From Reclinomonas americana ATCC 50394 (taxonomy: Eukaryota), in the NCBI GenBank assembly GCA_048213135.1, contig PS015009.1, positions 62,001-126,000 on the forward strand: a stretch of 64,000 nucleotides of DNA, read 5' to 3'. Made by a program: the position numbers and the translations under genes. Shown in pieces: positions 21,171 through 31,040 of the stretch (the first letter of the stretch is position 1; every line of letters begins with the position of its first letter). A model generated the notes under the pieces. That model had not been told where the DNA came from and did no database searches. It worked only from the letters and a program-made list of their open reading frames with translations.

Positions 21171-24023
21171 ATGAAAGTTCTGCTCAAACCCTTCCTGCTG
21201 GTTGGCTTTACGCTTGTGCTATGTCTCTGTACAAAAGCACAGTTAAAGATCACCAACGAAACCAGTGCGCAGGCATTGGTACAAAAACTGCTCGGCGAGG
21301 GCGTGGTAGTCAGCAACATCAGTTTCACCGGCAACAGCCTCATGGCCGGTCATTTCAATAATATCGCCAACACCAAAATCGGTATCGACAGCGGCATCGT
21401 GCTTACATCCGGGAGAGCCGCGACAGACAGGACTGCAGGCCTGCGCATTGGTATGGACTGGGATGGTACCGCTACCGCCAACACCAAGATAGCCAATACA
21501 CCATGGGCATTACCCGGTGACGCCGACCTCGCCAACGCGATCGGCGCCACGGTCTCCGACCTTGAAGATGCCTGTGTGCTGGAATTTGATTTTATTCCAC
21601 TGGGCGATACCATACGCTTTAATTATGTTTTCAGTTCCGAGGAATATACACCGGCATATGTATGCCAGTTCAATGATGCTTTCGCGTTTTTTATTACAGG
21701 CCCTGGTTTTCCTGCGCCAACCAATATTGCCCTTGTGCCCGGTACCACAACACCTGTATCGATCTTCAATGTAAATGATGTAAAGTTCCCCGATCCCGCG
21801 GATGCCTGCCCCAATAACCCCATCTATTACTGGGACAACGAGAGCAACAAATATTTTACACATGATGGCCATACCAAAGTATTTACCGCCATTGCCAAAG
21901 TACAACCCTGCGAAACGTATCACCTGAAACTGGTGATTTCCGATGTTGGTGACGACCTGTTCGACAGCGGCGTTTTTCTTGAAGCCAAAAGTCTCAGCTC
22001 CAATGCCATCAAGATCCAGAACCTGACACAACTCGATCCCTCGGGCAACAGTTACCTCGTGGAAGGCTGTGTTACCGGTTCCATCAAAATAAAAAGGCCG
22101 AAGGTAGAAACCACCCCGCTGAATATTACTTTATCATATGGCGGTACAGTTACCAATGGCGTTGACATACAACCCCTGCCCACTTTTGTGACCATACCCG
22201 CCAACCAGACAGAAGTGGAGGTTTTCCTGCTGCCGCTGATCGACTTCGTTCCGGAAGGCATTGAAACACTGAAAATTTATGCGCTGGCAGGATGTGCTTC
22301 CGGTCTGCCAACAGACAGCGCCGTTATCCAGCTGAGGGACTACGATATACTTGGCATCAACCCGGATACCATGTCCATCTGCAAAAAAGGATCCTTCCAG
22401 TTGCAGGCCACAACAGGATATACCACTTATCAATGGGACGCCAACCCCACACTGAGCAGCACCACCATCAGCAATCCTATTGCCACCCCGGTGAATAATG
22501 AGACTACCTATTATTGTACCGCTACCATTGGTACCTGCAATGCCCGCGACTCGGCATTCCTGAAATGGCAGGAACTGGAACTGGTGTCGAAAAAAGATAT
22601 TTTCTGCAAAGGAGGTTCCAATGGTGAGATCATCGTTTCCGGTATCGGGTGGGTAAACCCCGTACAATTCAGCATCAATAACGGGCCTTTGCAAACCAGC
22701 AGCACATTCAGCAATCTGCCCGTGGGACACTATGTGATCAAGATCCATGATCCCATATCAGGATGTATCGACAGCGTGGAAACGAACCTGGTACAGGCTT
22801 TCCCGGACCTGTCGGTGTCGAATGCAATGGCACAGTCTACCTGCTCCGGCACTCCCGATGGTGTAATTACAGCAACAGCAGTGGGTGGCAACAGCAGTTA
22901 CCTGTTCTCGTTAGACGGTTTGAATTTCCAAACCAGTAATTTATTTAATGTGCTCGCAGGCACGTATGTTATTACAGTAAAAGACGGCAACGGTTGTACC
23001 AATACCGCACCGGCTACCATTACGCTGAATAATTCCGTAACGCTTGATGCCGGTCCAGACCCTACTATATGTGAAGGCAAAAGCACGGCATTACTGGCCG
23101 CGTCCAACAGCAGTAATTTTATGTGGACACCTTCTACCGGGCTGAGCAGCGCTACCACAGCCAATCCTACCGCATCGCCTGTAATAACTACCAAATATTA
23201 TGTAACCGCTACAACAGGCATCTGCAGCCGTCTTGATTCTGTTACCGTACTGGTTAACCCGGCTCCGCTCGCTGAAGCAGGACCTAATAAAGAAGTATGT
23301 TATGGCGGGCAGGTCAGACTGAGCGGATCGGGAGGCGTCGGCTATTTCTGGGCACCGGCCATATACCTCAGCAATCCCAATGCGCCAGACCCGCTGGTGA
23401 GAAAACCGTTGAGCACGCTTACTTATTCCCTCTCGGTTATTGATGCCAATGGCTGCGCTTCGCTGAAATCCGATATAGTAACAGTTACGGTTACACGCCC
23501 AACCGTGGTAAAGACCAACAACGATACCAGCATTGCCATTGGTCAGCCTTTGCAGCTTTTTGCGCAGGACGTAAACCGGGCTGGCTTCGTGAACTTTGCC
23601 TGGGACCCGCCAACAGGGCTCAACAGTGCATCCATTCAGTATCCCGTGGCCGTGCTTAACCGCGATACCCGTTTCATTGTTACCGCCAGTACCGCCATCG
23701 GCTGCGAAGCCTCTGATACCGTGTATGTAAAAGTGTACAAAGGACCGGATATTTATATCCCCAATGCTTTCAGTCCCAACAACGACGGGCTGAATGATAT
23801 TCTTCACGCCATCCCCATTGGTACGAAGGAATTTCATTACCTGCGCCTCTATAACCGTTATGGACAGCTGGTATTCAGCACTACCGAACCCAGGAGAGGA
23901 TGGGATGGAAAGATCAACGGCAACCCGCAGGACCCCGGTACTACTTTTGTGTGGATAGCCGAAGCCGTTGACTACACCGGTAAACTGATGATCAAAAAAG
24001 GCACCGTTACCATCGTTAAATAA
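21171..24023 (+). CDS. T9SS type B CTD (gliding motility-associated) surface protein with choice-of-anchor L-like N-terminus
   Basis: LEFDF...FNYVFSSEEY...FNDAFAF domain, SprB-like repeats, C-terminal IPNAFSPNNDGLND...YNRYG...WDG. Start trimmed to MKVLLKP. Confidence 0.88.
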   Translation: MKVLLKPFLLVGFTLVLCLCTKAQLKITNETSAQALVQKLLGEGVVVSNISFTGNSLMAGHFNNIANTKIGIDSGIVLTSGRAATDRTAGLRIGMDWDGTATANTKIANTPWALPGDADLANAIGATVSDLEDACVLEFDFIPLGDTIRFNYVFSSEEYTPAYVCQFNDAFAFFITGPGFPAPTNIALVPGTTTPVSIFNVNDVKFPDPADACPNNPIYYWDNESNKYFTHDGHTKVFTAIAKVQPCETYHLKLVISDVGDDLFDSGVFLEAKSLSSNAIKIQNLTQLDPSGNSYLVEGCVTGSIKIKRPKVETTPLNITLSYGGTVTNGVDIQPLPTFVTIPANQTEVEVFLLPLIDFVPEGIETLKIYALAGCASGLPTDSAVIQLRDYDILGINPDTMSICKKGSFQLQATTGYTTYQWDANPTLSSTTISNPIATPVNNETTYYCTATIGTCNARDSAFLKWQELELVSKKDIFCKGGSNGEIIVSGIGWVNPVQFSINNGPLQTSSTFSNLPVGHYVIKIHDPISGCIDSVETNLVQAFPDLSVSNAMAQSTCSGTPDGVITATAVGGNSSYLFSLDGLNFQTSNLFNVLAGTYVITVKDGNGCTNTAPATITLNNSVTLDAGPDPTICEGKSTALLAASNSSNFMWTPSTGLSSATTANPTASPVITTKYYVTATTGICSRLDSVTVLVNPAPLAEAGPNKEVCYGGQVRLSGSGGVGYFWAPAIYLSNPNAPDPLVRKPLSTLTYSLSVIDANGCASLKSDIVTVTVTRPTVVKTNNDTSIAIGQPLQLFAQDVNRAGFVNFAWDPPTGLNSASIQYPVAVLNRDTRFIVTASTAIGCEASDTVYVKVYKGPDIYIPNAFSPNNDGLNDILHAIPIGTKEFHYLRLYNRYGQLVFSTTEPRRGWDGKINGNPQDPGTTFVWIAEAVDYTGKLMIKKGTVTIVK

Positions 24024-24042
24024 CAACCAACTCATCTTTAAT

Positions 24043-24078
24043 AAAAAAAGAGACAGGTGATCATCTGTCTCTTTTTTA
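24043..24078. terminator. Bidirectional terminator
   Basis: A-tract-GAGACAGGTGATCATCTGTCTC-T-tract between convergent genes. Confidence 0.85.
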
Positions 24079-24104
24079 TTCGTAATTAGTAATTCGTAAT
24101 TAAT

Positions 24105-24995
24105 TTAACTCACCCCATCCACCTGCGCAGCACTCTCAATTTTCAGCACAAGTCCCTGCAATACTTTTCCGGGCCCTGCTTCGGTGAAACGTCCCGCGCC
24201 TCCTGCAACCATGGCTTGTACACTTTGCGTCCACCTTACCGCACCGGTGAGCTGGTCCACAAGATTTTTTTTGATGATGGCCGGGTCTGAAACCGCTTCT
24301 GCCACAACGTTCTGGTAAACAGGGCAACTGGGCGTATTGAACGTGGTGGCCTCAATAGCAGCCGCGAGTTCTTCTTTGGCAGGCAGCATCAATGGTGAAT
24401 GAAAGGCACCGCCAACAGGCAACACCAGCGCTCTTTTGGCTCCGGCAGCTTTCATCTGTTCGCAGGCAATGTCGATACCCTTTAAAGATCCGCTGATCAC
24501 CAGCTGACCAGGGCAGTTATAATTGGCAGCCACTACTACTTCGCCGGTTTCCTGCTGTACAGCAGCGCAGATCTCTTCTACTTTTTCATCAGCCAGTCCC
24601 AATACGGCGGCCATGGTAGAAGGATTCAGTTCGCAGGCTTTCTGCATAGCGCCAGCCCTTATGGCCACCAGTTTTAACGCGTCGGTAAAAGAAAGGGTTT
24701 GATTGGCTACCAGCGCGGAAAACTCTCCGAGTGAGTGCCCCGCCACCATATCAGGCATCGCTTCCGGTATTGTGGAATAAGCGATCACGGAATGCAGGAA
24801 TACAGCAGGCTGGGTAACCTTCGTTTGTTTCAGTTCCTCGGCAGTGCCTCCGAACATAATATCTGAAATCCGGAAACCCAGTATCTCATTCGCTTCCTCC
24901 ACCAGCTGGCGGGCGACAGTGTTAGATTCATAGAGCGCTTTGCCCATACCGGTGAACTGAGAGCCCTGCCCGGGGAAAACATAAGCATGTTTCAT
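24105..24995 (-). CDS. fabD: Malonyl CoA-ACP transacylase
   Basis: FPGQGSQ, GHSLGE and GAFHS motifs. Confidence 0.96.
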   Translation of the reverse strand: MKHAYVFPGQGSQFTGMGKALYESNTVARQLVEEANEILGFRISDIMFGGTAEELKQTKVTQPAVFLHSVIAYSTIPEAMPDMVAGHSLGEFSALVANQTLSFTDALKLVAIRAGAMQKACELNPSTMAAVLGLADEKVEEICAAVQQETGEVVVAANYNCPGQLVISGSLKGIDIACEQMKAAGAKRALVLPVGGAFHSPLMLPAKEELAAAIEATTFNTPSCPVYQNVVAEAVSDPAIIKKNLVDQLTGAVRWTQSVQAMVAGGAGRFTEAGPGKVLQGLVLKIESAAQVDGVS

Positions 24996-25049
24996 ATAGT
25001 TAGTCGTTAGTATTGAGAAGTTAGTCGTTAGGCATTAACCCGGATATAC

Positions 25050-25646
25050 TTAATGCAATTGCGCACTGATCAGTTTTACAAACTCGCTGCGGGTGGTATT
25101 CTTCATGAACTCACCGTCAAAAGCAGAAGTAGTGGTTACTGAATTTTGTTTCTGTACGCCACGCATCATCATACACAGGTGCGATGCTTCTATCACCACG
25201 GCCACGCCATGCGGTTGCAGGCTTTCCTTGATCGCATTCAGTATCTGGTGGGTAAGCCTCTCCTGTACCTGCAGCCTGCGGCTGTACACATCCACCACAC
25301 GGGCTATTTTGCTGAGGCCGGTGATCCAGCCGTTGGGAATATAGGCTACATGTGCCTTGCCATAAAAAGGCAGCATATGGTGTTCGCACATGCTGTACAG
25401 TTCAATATCCTTTACGATCACCATTTCACTCACATCTTCATGAAACTTGGCGGAATCCAGTATGGCTTTCGCATCCTGCTGGTAACCCTGCGTAAGGTAT
25501 TGCATGGCTTTGGCGAGACGTTCGGGTGTTTTTACCAGTCCCTCTCTCCCGCTGTCCTCACCCAACAGTTCTATCACATTTTTGTAACTGCCGATGAGTC
25601 CTTCAGTAGCCTGTTCGTCGTAATGTTCGGTCTTTTTGTATGCCAT
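25050..25646 (-). CDS. folE: GTP cyclohydrolase I
   Basis: [26 protein letters not shown] and HLCMMMRG motifs. Confidence 0.96.
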   Translation of the reverse strand: MAYKKTEHYDEQATEGLIGSYKNVIELLGEDSGREGLVKTPERLAKAMQYLTQGYQQDAKAILDSAKFHEDVSEMVIVKDIELYSMCEHHMLPFYGKAHVAYIPNGWITGLSKIARVVDVYSRRLQVQERLTHQILNAIKESLQPHGVAVVIEASHLCMMMRGVQKQNSVTTTSAFDGEFMKNTTRSEFVKLISAQLH

Positions 25647-25660
25647 TTTCTCATTTGTTA

Positions 25661-26071
25661 TTATCCAAAATACTCAACATATATCCTGGGCGTTTCATAG
25701 AGTTTTACACAATGCAGTTCTACTCCTTCGCTGTGCAGTACAGGTTGCAGTTGCTCCCATATGGCGATGGTAAGGTTTTCCGCCGTTGTGAATTTCCCTT
25801 TCATGAACTCCACGTCAATATTCAGGTTCCTGTGATCGATCTTGTTGCAAACGTATTCATTGATGATCACGCTCAGTCTTTTCGCGTTGAAGATAAAACC
25901 GGTATCGGATCCTGTTTCCCCTTTAATGGTCACATGTACTTCGTAATTGTGCCCGTGCCAGTTCTCGTTGGCACATTTACCGAATACTTCCTTGTTCTGT
26001 TCCACACTCCACGAATCATTCCATAATTTATGGGCGGCATTGAAATGTTCCACCCTGGTGAGATAAACCAT
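25661..26071 (-). CDS. queD: 6-carboxytetrahydropterin / 6-pyruvoyl-tetrahydropterin synthase
   Basis: FNAAH, GKC...HGHNY, DHRNLN, TAENL and ETP motifs. Start trimmed to MVYLTR. Confidence 0.88.
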   Translation of the reverse strand: MVYLTRVEHFNAAHKLWNDSWSVEQNKEVFGKCANENWHGHNYEVHVTIKGETGSDTGFIFNAKRLSVIINEYVCNKIDHRNLNIDVEFMKGKFTTAENLTIAIWEQLQPVLHSEGVELHCVKLYETPRIYVEYFG

Positions 26072-26151
26072 TGTCTTTTTTTTGCAAAGGTACAATTTAG
26101 CGTTCAAAGGCTGAAGAACAGCGTTTACACAAAAAGGTTCAAATTTGCCAT

Positions 26152-26787
26152 ATGAAAATACTCATCCTGTCGGCCACCGGAATGGAAATAGCGCCTGCCC
26201 GTGATGCCAACCCGCCCGTCACCTGGCTGGAGGGTGGTGTAGGGGTTCCGTCCACCATTTTCCGGCTGACCAGCCACCTGCAACATCAGCCCTGTGACCT
26301 GGTGATACAGGCGGGCATTGCCGGGGTATTCGGTAACCGCTTTAGTTTAGGCGAGACGGTATTGGTGGAAAACGACTGTTTTGCCGACCTGGGTATTGCC
26401 GAAAAAGGGAAGCTGTCCGGTATTTTTGATATGGGTTTTGCCGATGCCAATGAATTTCCGTTTTTAGACAGCCGTTTACCTAATGATCACCCAATTTTGC
26501 AGAAGCAACCACTTCCGCTGGTAAAAGCAGTAACGGTGAACCTGGTATCTGACGATCCTGCCCGGTCCCGGTTGTTACAGGAAAGATACCCCGCGGATAT
26601 CGAGAGTATGGAAGGCGCCGCCCTGCATTATGTATGCCGGCAACTGAAAGTACCGTTTCTCCAACTGCGCAGCATCAGCAACGTGGTAGGCGAACGCGAT
26701 AAAAGCAAATGGCTGATGAAAGAAGCCGTCGGTAACCTGAACCGGGAGTTGCTGCAATTCATTCACAGATTTATACCAACAACATGA
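26152..26787 (+). CDS. mqnB: Futalosine hydrolase
   Basis: PNP/MTAN-fold motifs AGIAG, ESMEGAA and LRSISNVVGERDKSKW; overlaps mqnD. Confidence 0.88.
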   Translation: MKILILSATGMEIAPARDANPPVTWLEGGVGVPSTIFRLTSHLQHQPCDLVIQAGIAGVFGNRFSLGETVLVENDCFADLGIAEKGKLSGIFDMGFADANEFPFLDSRLPNDHPILQKQPLPLVKAVTVNLVSDDPARSRLLQERYPADIESMEGAALHYVCRQLKVPFLQLRSISNVVGERDKSKWLMKEAVGNLNRELLQFIHRFIPTT

Positions 26788-27620
26788 GCCACAAGCTGAC
26801 CCTCGGTTTTTCTCCCTGCCCCAACGATACATTTATTTTCGATGCCCTCGTAAACGGCAAAATAGATACGGAAGGACTTTCTTTCGAGGTAATGCTGGAA
26901 GATGTACAAACGCTTAACCAATGGGCTATAGATGGCCGGCTCGACATTACCAAACTGAGTTACGGCGTACTTCCTCTTGTACTTGAGGAATACTGCGTGC
27001 TCAACAGCGGCAGCGCCCTGGGCAGAGGTGTTGGCCCCCTGCTCATCAGCAAAGGTGGCAACACCCCTGAAGAAGAAGTGAACCGGTCGCTCATCGCCAT
27101 ACCCGGACAAAATACAACAGCACATTTACTTTTTTCACGTGCCTACCCCAACGCTGCCAATAAAATATTTCTCCGTTACGACGAGATCGAAGATTTTGTA
27201 CTTGCCGGAAAAGGCCTGGGCGTCATCATTCACGAAAACCGTTTTACCTATGCGCAAAAGGGTTTGCATAAGATCGTTGACCTGGGCGATTACTGGGAAA
27301 AAACAACAGGAAGCGCTATTCCATTGGGCGGTATCGTAACCCGGAAAAGATTTGATACGGAATTGCAGCGTAAAATCGACAGGCTGATCAAACAAAGCAT
27401 CAGCGTTTCCTTTGCAGGCTATCCCCACCTTACCGATTATATCCGCCTGCATGCGCAGGAGATGAGTGAAGATGTAATGCGCAGCCATATCGACCTGTAT
27501 GTAAATGATTATTCCATTGACCTGGGCCCTGAAGGCAAAGCCGCCATCAATACACTGCTGAAAGTTTATGAACAGGCAAATGGCGTTTCTTCAACAGCCG
27601 GGTGGTCGGTGGATGATTAA
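26784..27620 (+). CDS. mqnD: 1,4-dihydroxy-6-naphthoate synthase
   Basis: SPCPNDTFIF, GSALGRGVGP, IIHENRF and HIDLYVN motifs. Confidence 0.93.
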   Translation: MSHKLTLGFSPCPNDTFIFDALVNGKIDTEGLSFEVMLEDVQTLNQWAIDGRLDITKLSYGVLPLVLEEYCVLNSGSALGRGVGPLLISKGGNTPEEEVNRSLIAIPGQNTTAHLLFSRAYPNAANKIFLRYDEIEDFVLAGKGLGVIIHENRFTYAQKGLHKIVDLGDYWEKTTGSAIPLGGIVTRKRFDTELQRKIDRLIKQSISVSFAGYPHLTDYIRLHAQEMSEDVMRSHIDLYVNDYSIDLGPEGKAAINTLLKVYEQANGVSSTAGWSVDD

Positions 27621-27701
27621 GAGAAGATGCTGGATACCAGATACGAGATACAGGATAAAATCTCTTCCTGGTCAAAGACATTCGTAATTTGTAATTGGTA
27701 A

Positions 27702-29012
27702 TTAGTAATTTCTCTTCAACGCTTTCCCATACACTTCCAAACACCTCTTCCTCGCTATTTCGTGTTCGACTACCGGTGATGGATACCCGAATTCATCCAG
27801 CTCCGGCACCCATTTTTTTATATACTTCAACTCGGGATCGAATTTTTTTGTCTGCAGGTAAGGATTGAATATCCTGAAATAAGGCGCAGCATCACAGCCA
27901 CTGCCTGCCGCCCATTGCCAACCGCCATTATTCGCAGCCAGGTCAAAATCGAGCAGCTTTTCAGCAAAGTAAGCCTCGCCCAGCCGCCAGTCGAGCAGCA
28001 GGTGCTTGGCCAGGAAAGACGCCACTATCATTCTTACACGATTGTGCATATAGCCGGTGGCGTTGAGTTCCCGCATACCGGCATCTACAATCGGGTAGCC
28101 CGTTTGCCCCTGGCACCATCTTTCAAATTCGCCGTCATCTCTCCGCCATTCAATACGGTCATACTCCGGCTTAAAAGCCTTGCCCTGCCCCACCTGCGGA
28201 AAATGCCACAATATCATCTGGTAAAATTCCCGCCAGATCAGTTCATTTAAATACACGGCGGATAAAGGCTGGGCATGCTTTGCCAGCTGGCGGATACTGA
28301 TAATACCAAAACGCAGGTGCACACCCAGCCGCGATGTCCCCTCTTTCGCGGGATAATCCCGGTGGTCACCATATTGTTTCAGCAACCCGTCTTCCGTTTC
28401 CGGCGGCGGAAAATTGTTGTCGGTTCTTTCAAACCCTATCGACTGCAGGGAAGGCAATTGTTGTTCTGCCTGTTTAAAAAAAGAAGCGACATATTTTTTA
28501 TTGGGGTAAGGGCGCAGGTGAAAATCCGTAAGCACCGATTTCCATTTGCGGCTGTATGGTGTGAACACGGTATAAGGTTTGCCATCATCTTTCAGCACCT
28601 CATCTTTTTCCAGCAATACCTGGTCTTTAAAAGAACGGAACATTATTTTTTCTGATGCCAGCCACTCCGCAACCGCGGCATCCCTTTCCCTGGCATAGGG
28701 TTCGTAATCATGGTTGGTAAAGACAGTGCCTATCTCATACTTTCCGGCCAGTTGCTGAAACGCCTCCCCGGGTGTAGTGTAAAAAACTTCAAGCGACGAA
28801 CCCAATCCAACCAGCTCCTTTTGCATATTCGTTAATGCCTCATGTATAAAACTCACCCGCCTGTCTTTTTTATCCGGCAGCAGGTCAAGGATATTTTTAT
28901 CAAAAATGAAGATGGGCACTACCGGCCGGTCAGACCGAAGCGCATGGTAAAGGCCGGCATTATCAAAAAGCCTGAGGTCACGCCTGAACCAGAAAATGTT
29001 TACAGGTTGCAT
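27702..29012 (-). CDS. phrB: Class I CPD DNA photolyase
   Basis: WFRRDLRLFDN, ELIWREFY, GYMHNRVRM, NNGGWQW and RIFNP motifs. Start trimmed to MQPVNIF. Confidence 0.93.
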   Translation of the reverse strand: MQPVNIFWFRRDLRLFDNAGLYHALRSDRPVVPIFIFDKNILDLLPDKKDRRVSFIHEALTNMQKELVGLGSSLEVFYTTPGEAFQQLAGKYEIGTVFTNHDYEPYARERDAAVAEWLASEKIMFRSFKDQVLLEKDEVLKDDGKPYTVFTPYSRKWKSVLTDFHLRPYPNKKYVASFFKQAEQQLPSLQSIGFERTDNNFPPPETEDGLLKQYGDHRDYPAKEGTSRLGVHLRFGIISIRQLAKHAQPLSAVYLNELIWREFYQMILWHFPQVGQGKAFKPEYDRIEWRRDDGEFERWCQGQTGYPIVDAGMRELNATGYMHNRVRMIVASFLAKHLLLDWRLGEAYFAEKLLDFDLAANNGGWQWAAGSGCDAAPYFRIFNPYLQTKKFDPELKYIKKWVPELDEFGYPSPVVEHEIARKRCLEVYGKALKRNY

Positions 29013-29031
29013 GTGCAAACTAACAACAGGT

Positions 29032-29871
29032 TTATGAAATGGTTGTAATAATGCGGTTGTAAATTTCAAGGGATAATTGATTCCCGTAGGTGTTATTGCC
29101 GGCGGATTTTACCCATCGCAACGGGTGAATGGAATTGGTAAGAAAAACCTCATCTGCATTCATAAGTTCGTCAACCGTTATTTCTTTTTCCTTAACGGTA
29201 TAGCCATTCGCTTCCAGCCCGGCTATCACCTGCCTGCGCATCACCCCGGCAATGCAGCCTTCCTGTAATGACGGTGTTGCAACCACGGCATCTTTCACCA
29301 GGAAAATATTGGCCACGGTGCTGTCACAAACGCGGCCGTAACTGTTCAGTACAATGGCGTCGTTCCATTTTTGCTTTTTGGCTTCCAGGGAAGCGATCAC
29401 GTAAGGCAGGAAGTTGCTGTGTTTGAGATTGGACAGCACGTCGCAGCTTTTTTGCACTTCACGGCAAATACCCACTTCCAGCCCGTTGCTGTTAAAGCCG
29501 CCATAACCCTGCGGCAGTCCCCAGGTTTGTATCAAATGGTTGGGGTAATGATTTTGCGGATCGTACAAACCGCCATCACCACGAAAGACTGAAAGCCTGA
29601 TCCTTGCCCCGGAAGTATGACCGTTCTTTTGCAGCAGCGTTTCTATATGCTGCAGGAAATATTCCGGCGTGATTTGTTTGGGAATGTCGAACCTGAGCAC
29701 AGACATACCTTTCCACAGGCGGGCAAAGTGTTCGTCGGCAAACTGTACTGTTCCGTTATGGTACCGGATGGTTTCAAAAAGTCCGTCGCCGTAACGAAGC
29801 CCCCGGTTGTGCGGGCCTGCAACAGCTTCGCTTTCCCTGAATAATTTTCCGTTGAAACTGTAATAGCTCAT
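29032..29871 (-). CDS. Class IV aminotransferase (aminodeoxychorismate lyase / BCAT family)
   Basis: RGLRYGDGLFET, NLKH, ANIF, GVMR and EVFLTNS motifs. Start trimmed to MSYYSF. Confidence 0.88.
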   Translation of the reverse strand: MSYYSFNGKLFRESEAVAGPHNRGLRYGDGLFETIRYHNGTVQFADEHFARLWKGMSVLRFDIPKQITPEYFLQHIETLLQKNGHTSGARIRLSVFRGDGGLYDPQNHYPNHLIQTWGLPQGYGGFNSNGLEVGICREVQKSCDVLSNLKHSNFLPYVIASLEAKKQKWNDAIVLNSYGRVCDSTVANIFLVKDAVVATPSLQEGCIAGVMRRQVIAGLEANGYTVKEKEITVDELMNADEVFLTNSIHPLRWVKSAGNNTYGNQLSLEIYNRIITTIS

Positions 29872-29920
29872 GCTGCAAATATGGTGTTTTTTGAATTGAC
29901 CGGAAACAACACCGGCCCAT

Positions 29921-29956
29921 AAAAAGAGATCCCACCGCATGGGTGGGATCTCTTTT
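29921..29956 (-). terminator. Rho-independent terminator of the response regulator gene
   Basis: AAAAAGAGATCCCAC-CGCATGG-GTGGGATCTCTTTT hairpin. Confidence 0.85.
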
Positions 29957-29973
29957 CAAATTCATATAGGGGG

Positions 29974-30660
29974 TTACAGTTCTTCGTTGAGGATGTTGTG
30001 TTTCACCGCGTACATAATAAGCCCGGCTGTGCTTTTGGCGCCCGTCTTTACTTTCAGCTTATCGCGTATGGCTTCCACCGTACGGGGGCTCAGGTCTACC
30101 AGGTCGGCAATCTCCTTGGTGCTTTTTTCTTCGCACATCAGTTTCAGTATAAGCGTTTCCTTTTCGTTGAGGTGCGCTTCCTGCTGCATCAGTTTTTGCG
30201 GTGTTACCACATTGCGTTGCTTCAGGTTGGTGAGCAGGGCTTTGTTGGTAAGCGAGTTGAAATAATATTCCTGTTCGAAGCAGGTCTTGATGGCTTCGTA
30301 AATGATCTCGCTGTCGCTTGTTTTGGTAAGATAGCTGTTGGCGCCCAGTTCCATCAGTTTGGTGATCATACTGTGATCGTCAACCATGGTCAGCATGATC
30401 ACTTTGGCATCGGGGCAAATCTTTTTGATCTCGGGGAGGGTGGTGATGCCATCCATAATCGGCATCTGTATATCCAGCAGGATCACGTCCGGCGGGATCA
30501 TTTTGATCATGTTCAGCAGGTGCATTCCGTTATCGGCTTCCGCCACCACTTTTACATCCTTTTTTGCGCTCAGGGCAGTTTTAACTCCCGCCCGGTATAG
30601 TACATGGTCATCAGCAATAATCACCTTTATCGGTTCTTTCATGTCAGCGTCTGGCATCAT
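29974..30660 (-). CDS. NarL/FixJ-family response regulator (RR1)
   Basis: IADDH, LLDIQMP receiver Asp, LuxR HTH LSPRTVEAIR. Confidence 0.93.
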   Translation of the reverse strand: MMPDADMKEPIKVIIADDHVLYRAGVKTALSAKKDVKVVAEADNGMHLLNMIKMIPPDVILLDIQMPIMDGITTLPEIKKICPDAKVIMLTMVDDHSMITKLMELGANSYLTKTSDSEIIYEAIKTCFEQEYYFNSLTNKALLTNLKQRNVVTPQKLMQQEAHLNEKETLILKLMCEEKSTKEIADLVDLSPRTVEAIRDKLKVKTGAKSTAGLIMYAVKHNILNEEL

Positions 30661-31004
30661 AATGGGTCATTTTGGGGTATTACAGGATTAGTTTAACCCT
30701 ATAATAACGACAAGTGCAAGTTCAAATTATCCGGAAATATAAATACGAGTGTAATTACCCTATGTTACGGATGGGGATTTTACGATTAAGTCTGCGGATA
30801 GCCCCCGAATTGACCCAATCAGCACCTTATCAGCTACTTATAAAAATAAAAAAAATTGAAGAACAGCGATTTATGAAAAACCGGGAATAAAATACCGGCT
30901 GAGCGGGCAGCATAAAGAAAGCTTTCCCTCATTCCCCTGGCAAAGTCATTGCCATCCCGGGCAGACACCGGGCCGGGTGATGGTCTTTTTATCGGGCAGA
31001 GGTA

Positions 31005-31014
31005 GTAAAACTAC
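31005..31014. promoter_or_regulatory. GTA-N4-TAC box upstream of RR1
   Basis: GTAAAACTAC, identical to the boxes at 35067 and 35532. Confidence 0.45.
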
Positions 31015-31040
31015 ACAGGAATTACCCCGTCGCGGGCAGA

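Noticed and set aside
23091-24035. Long antisense ORFs such as 23091..24035, 10215..10931, 31062..31805 and 52852..53574
   Set aside because: Shadow frames of well-supported genes, with no recognisable motifs.
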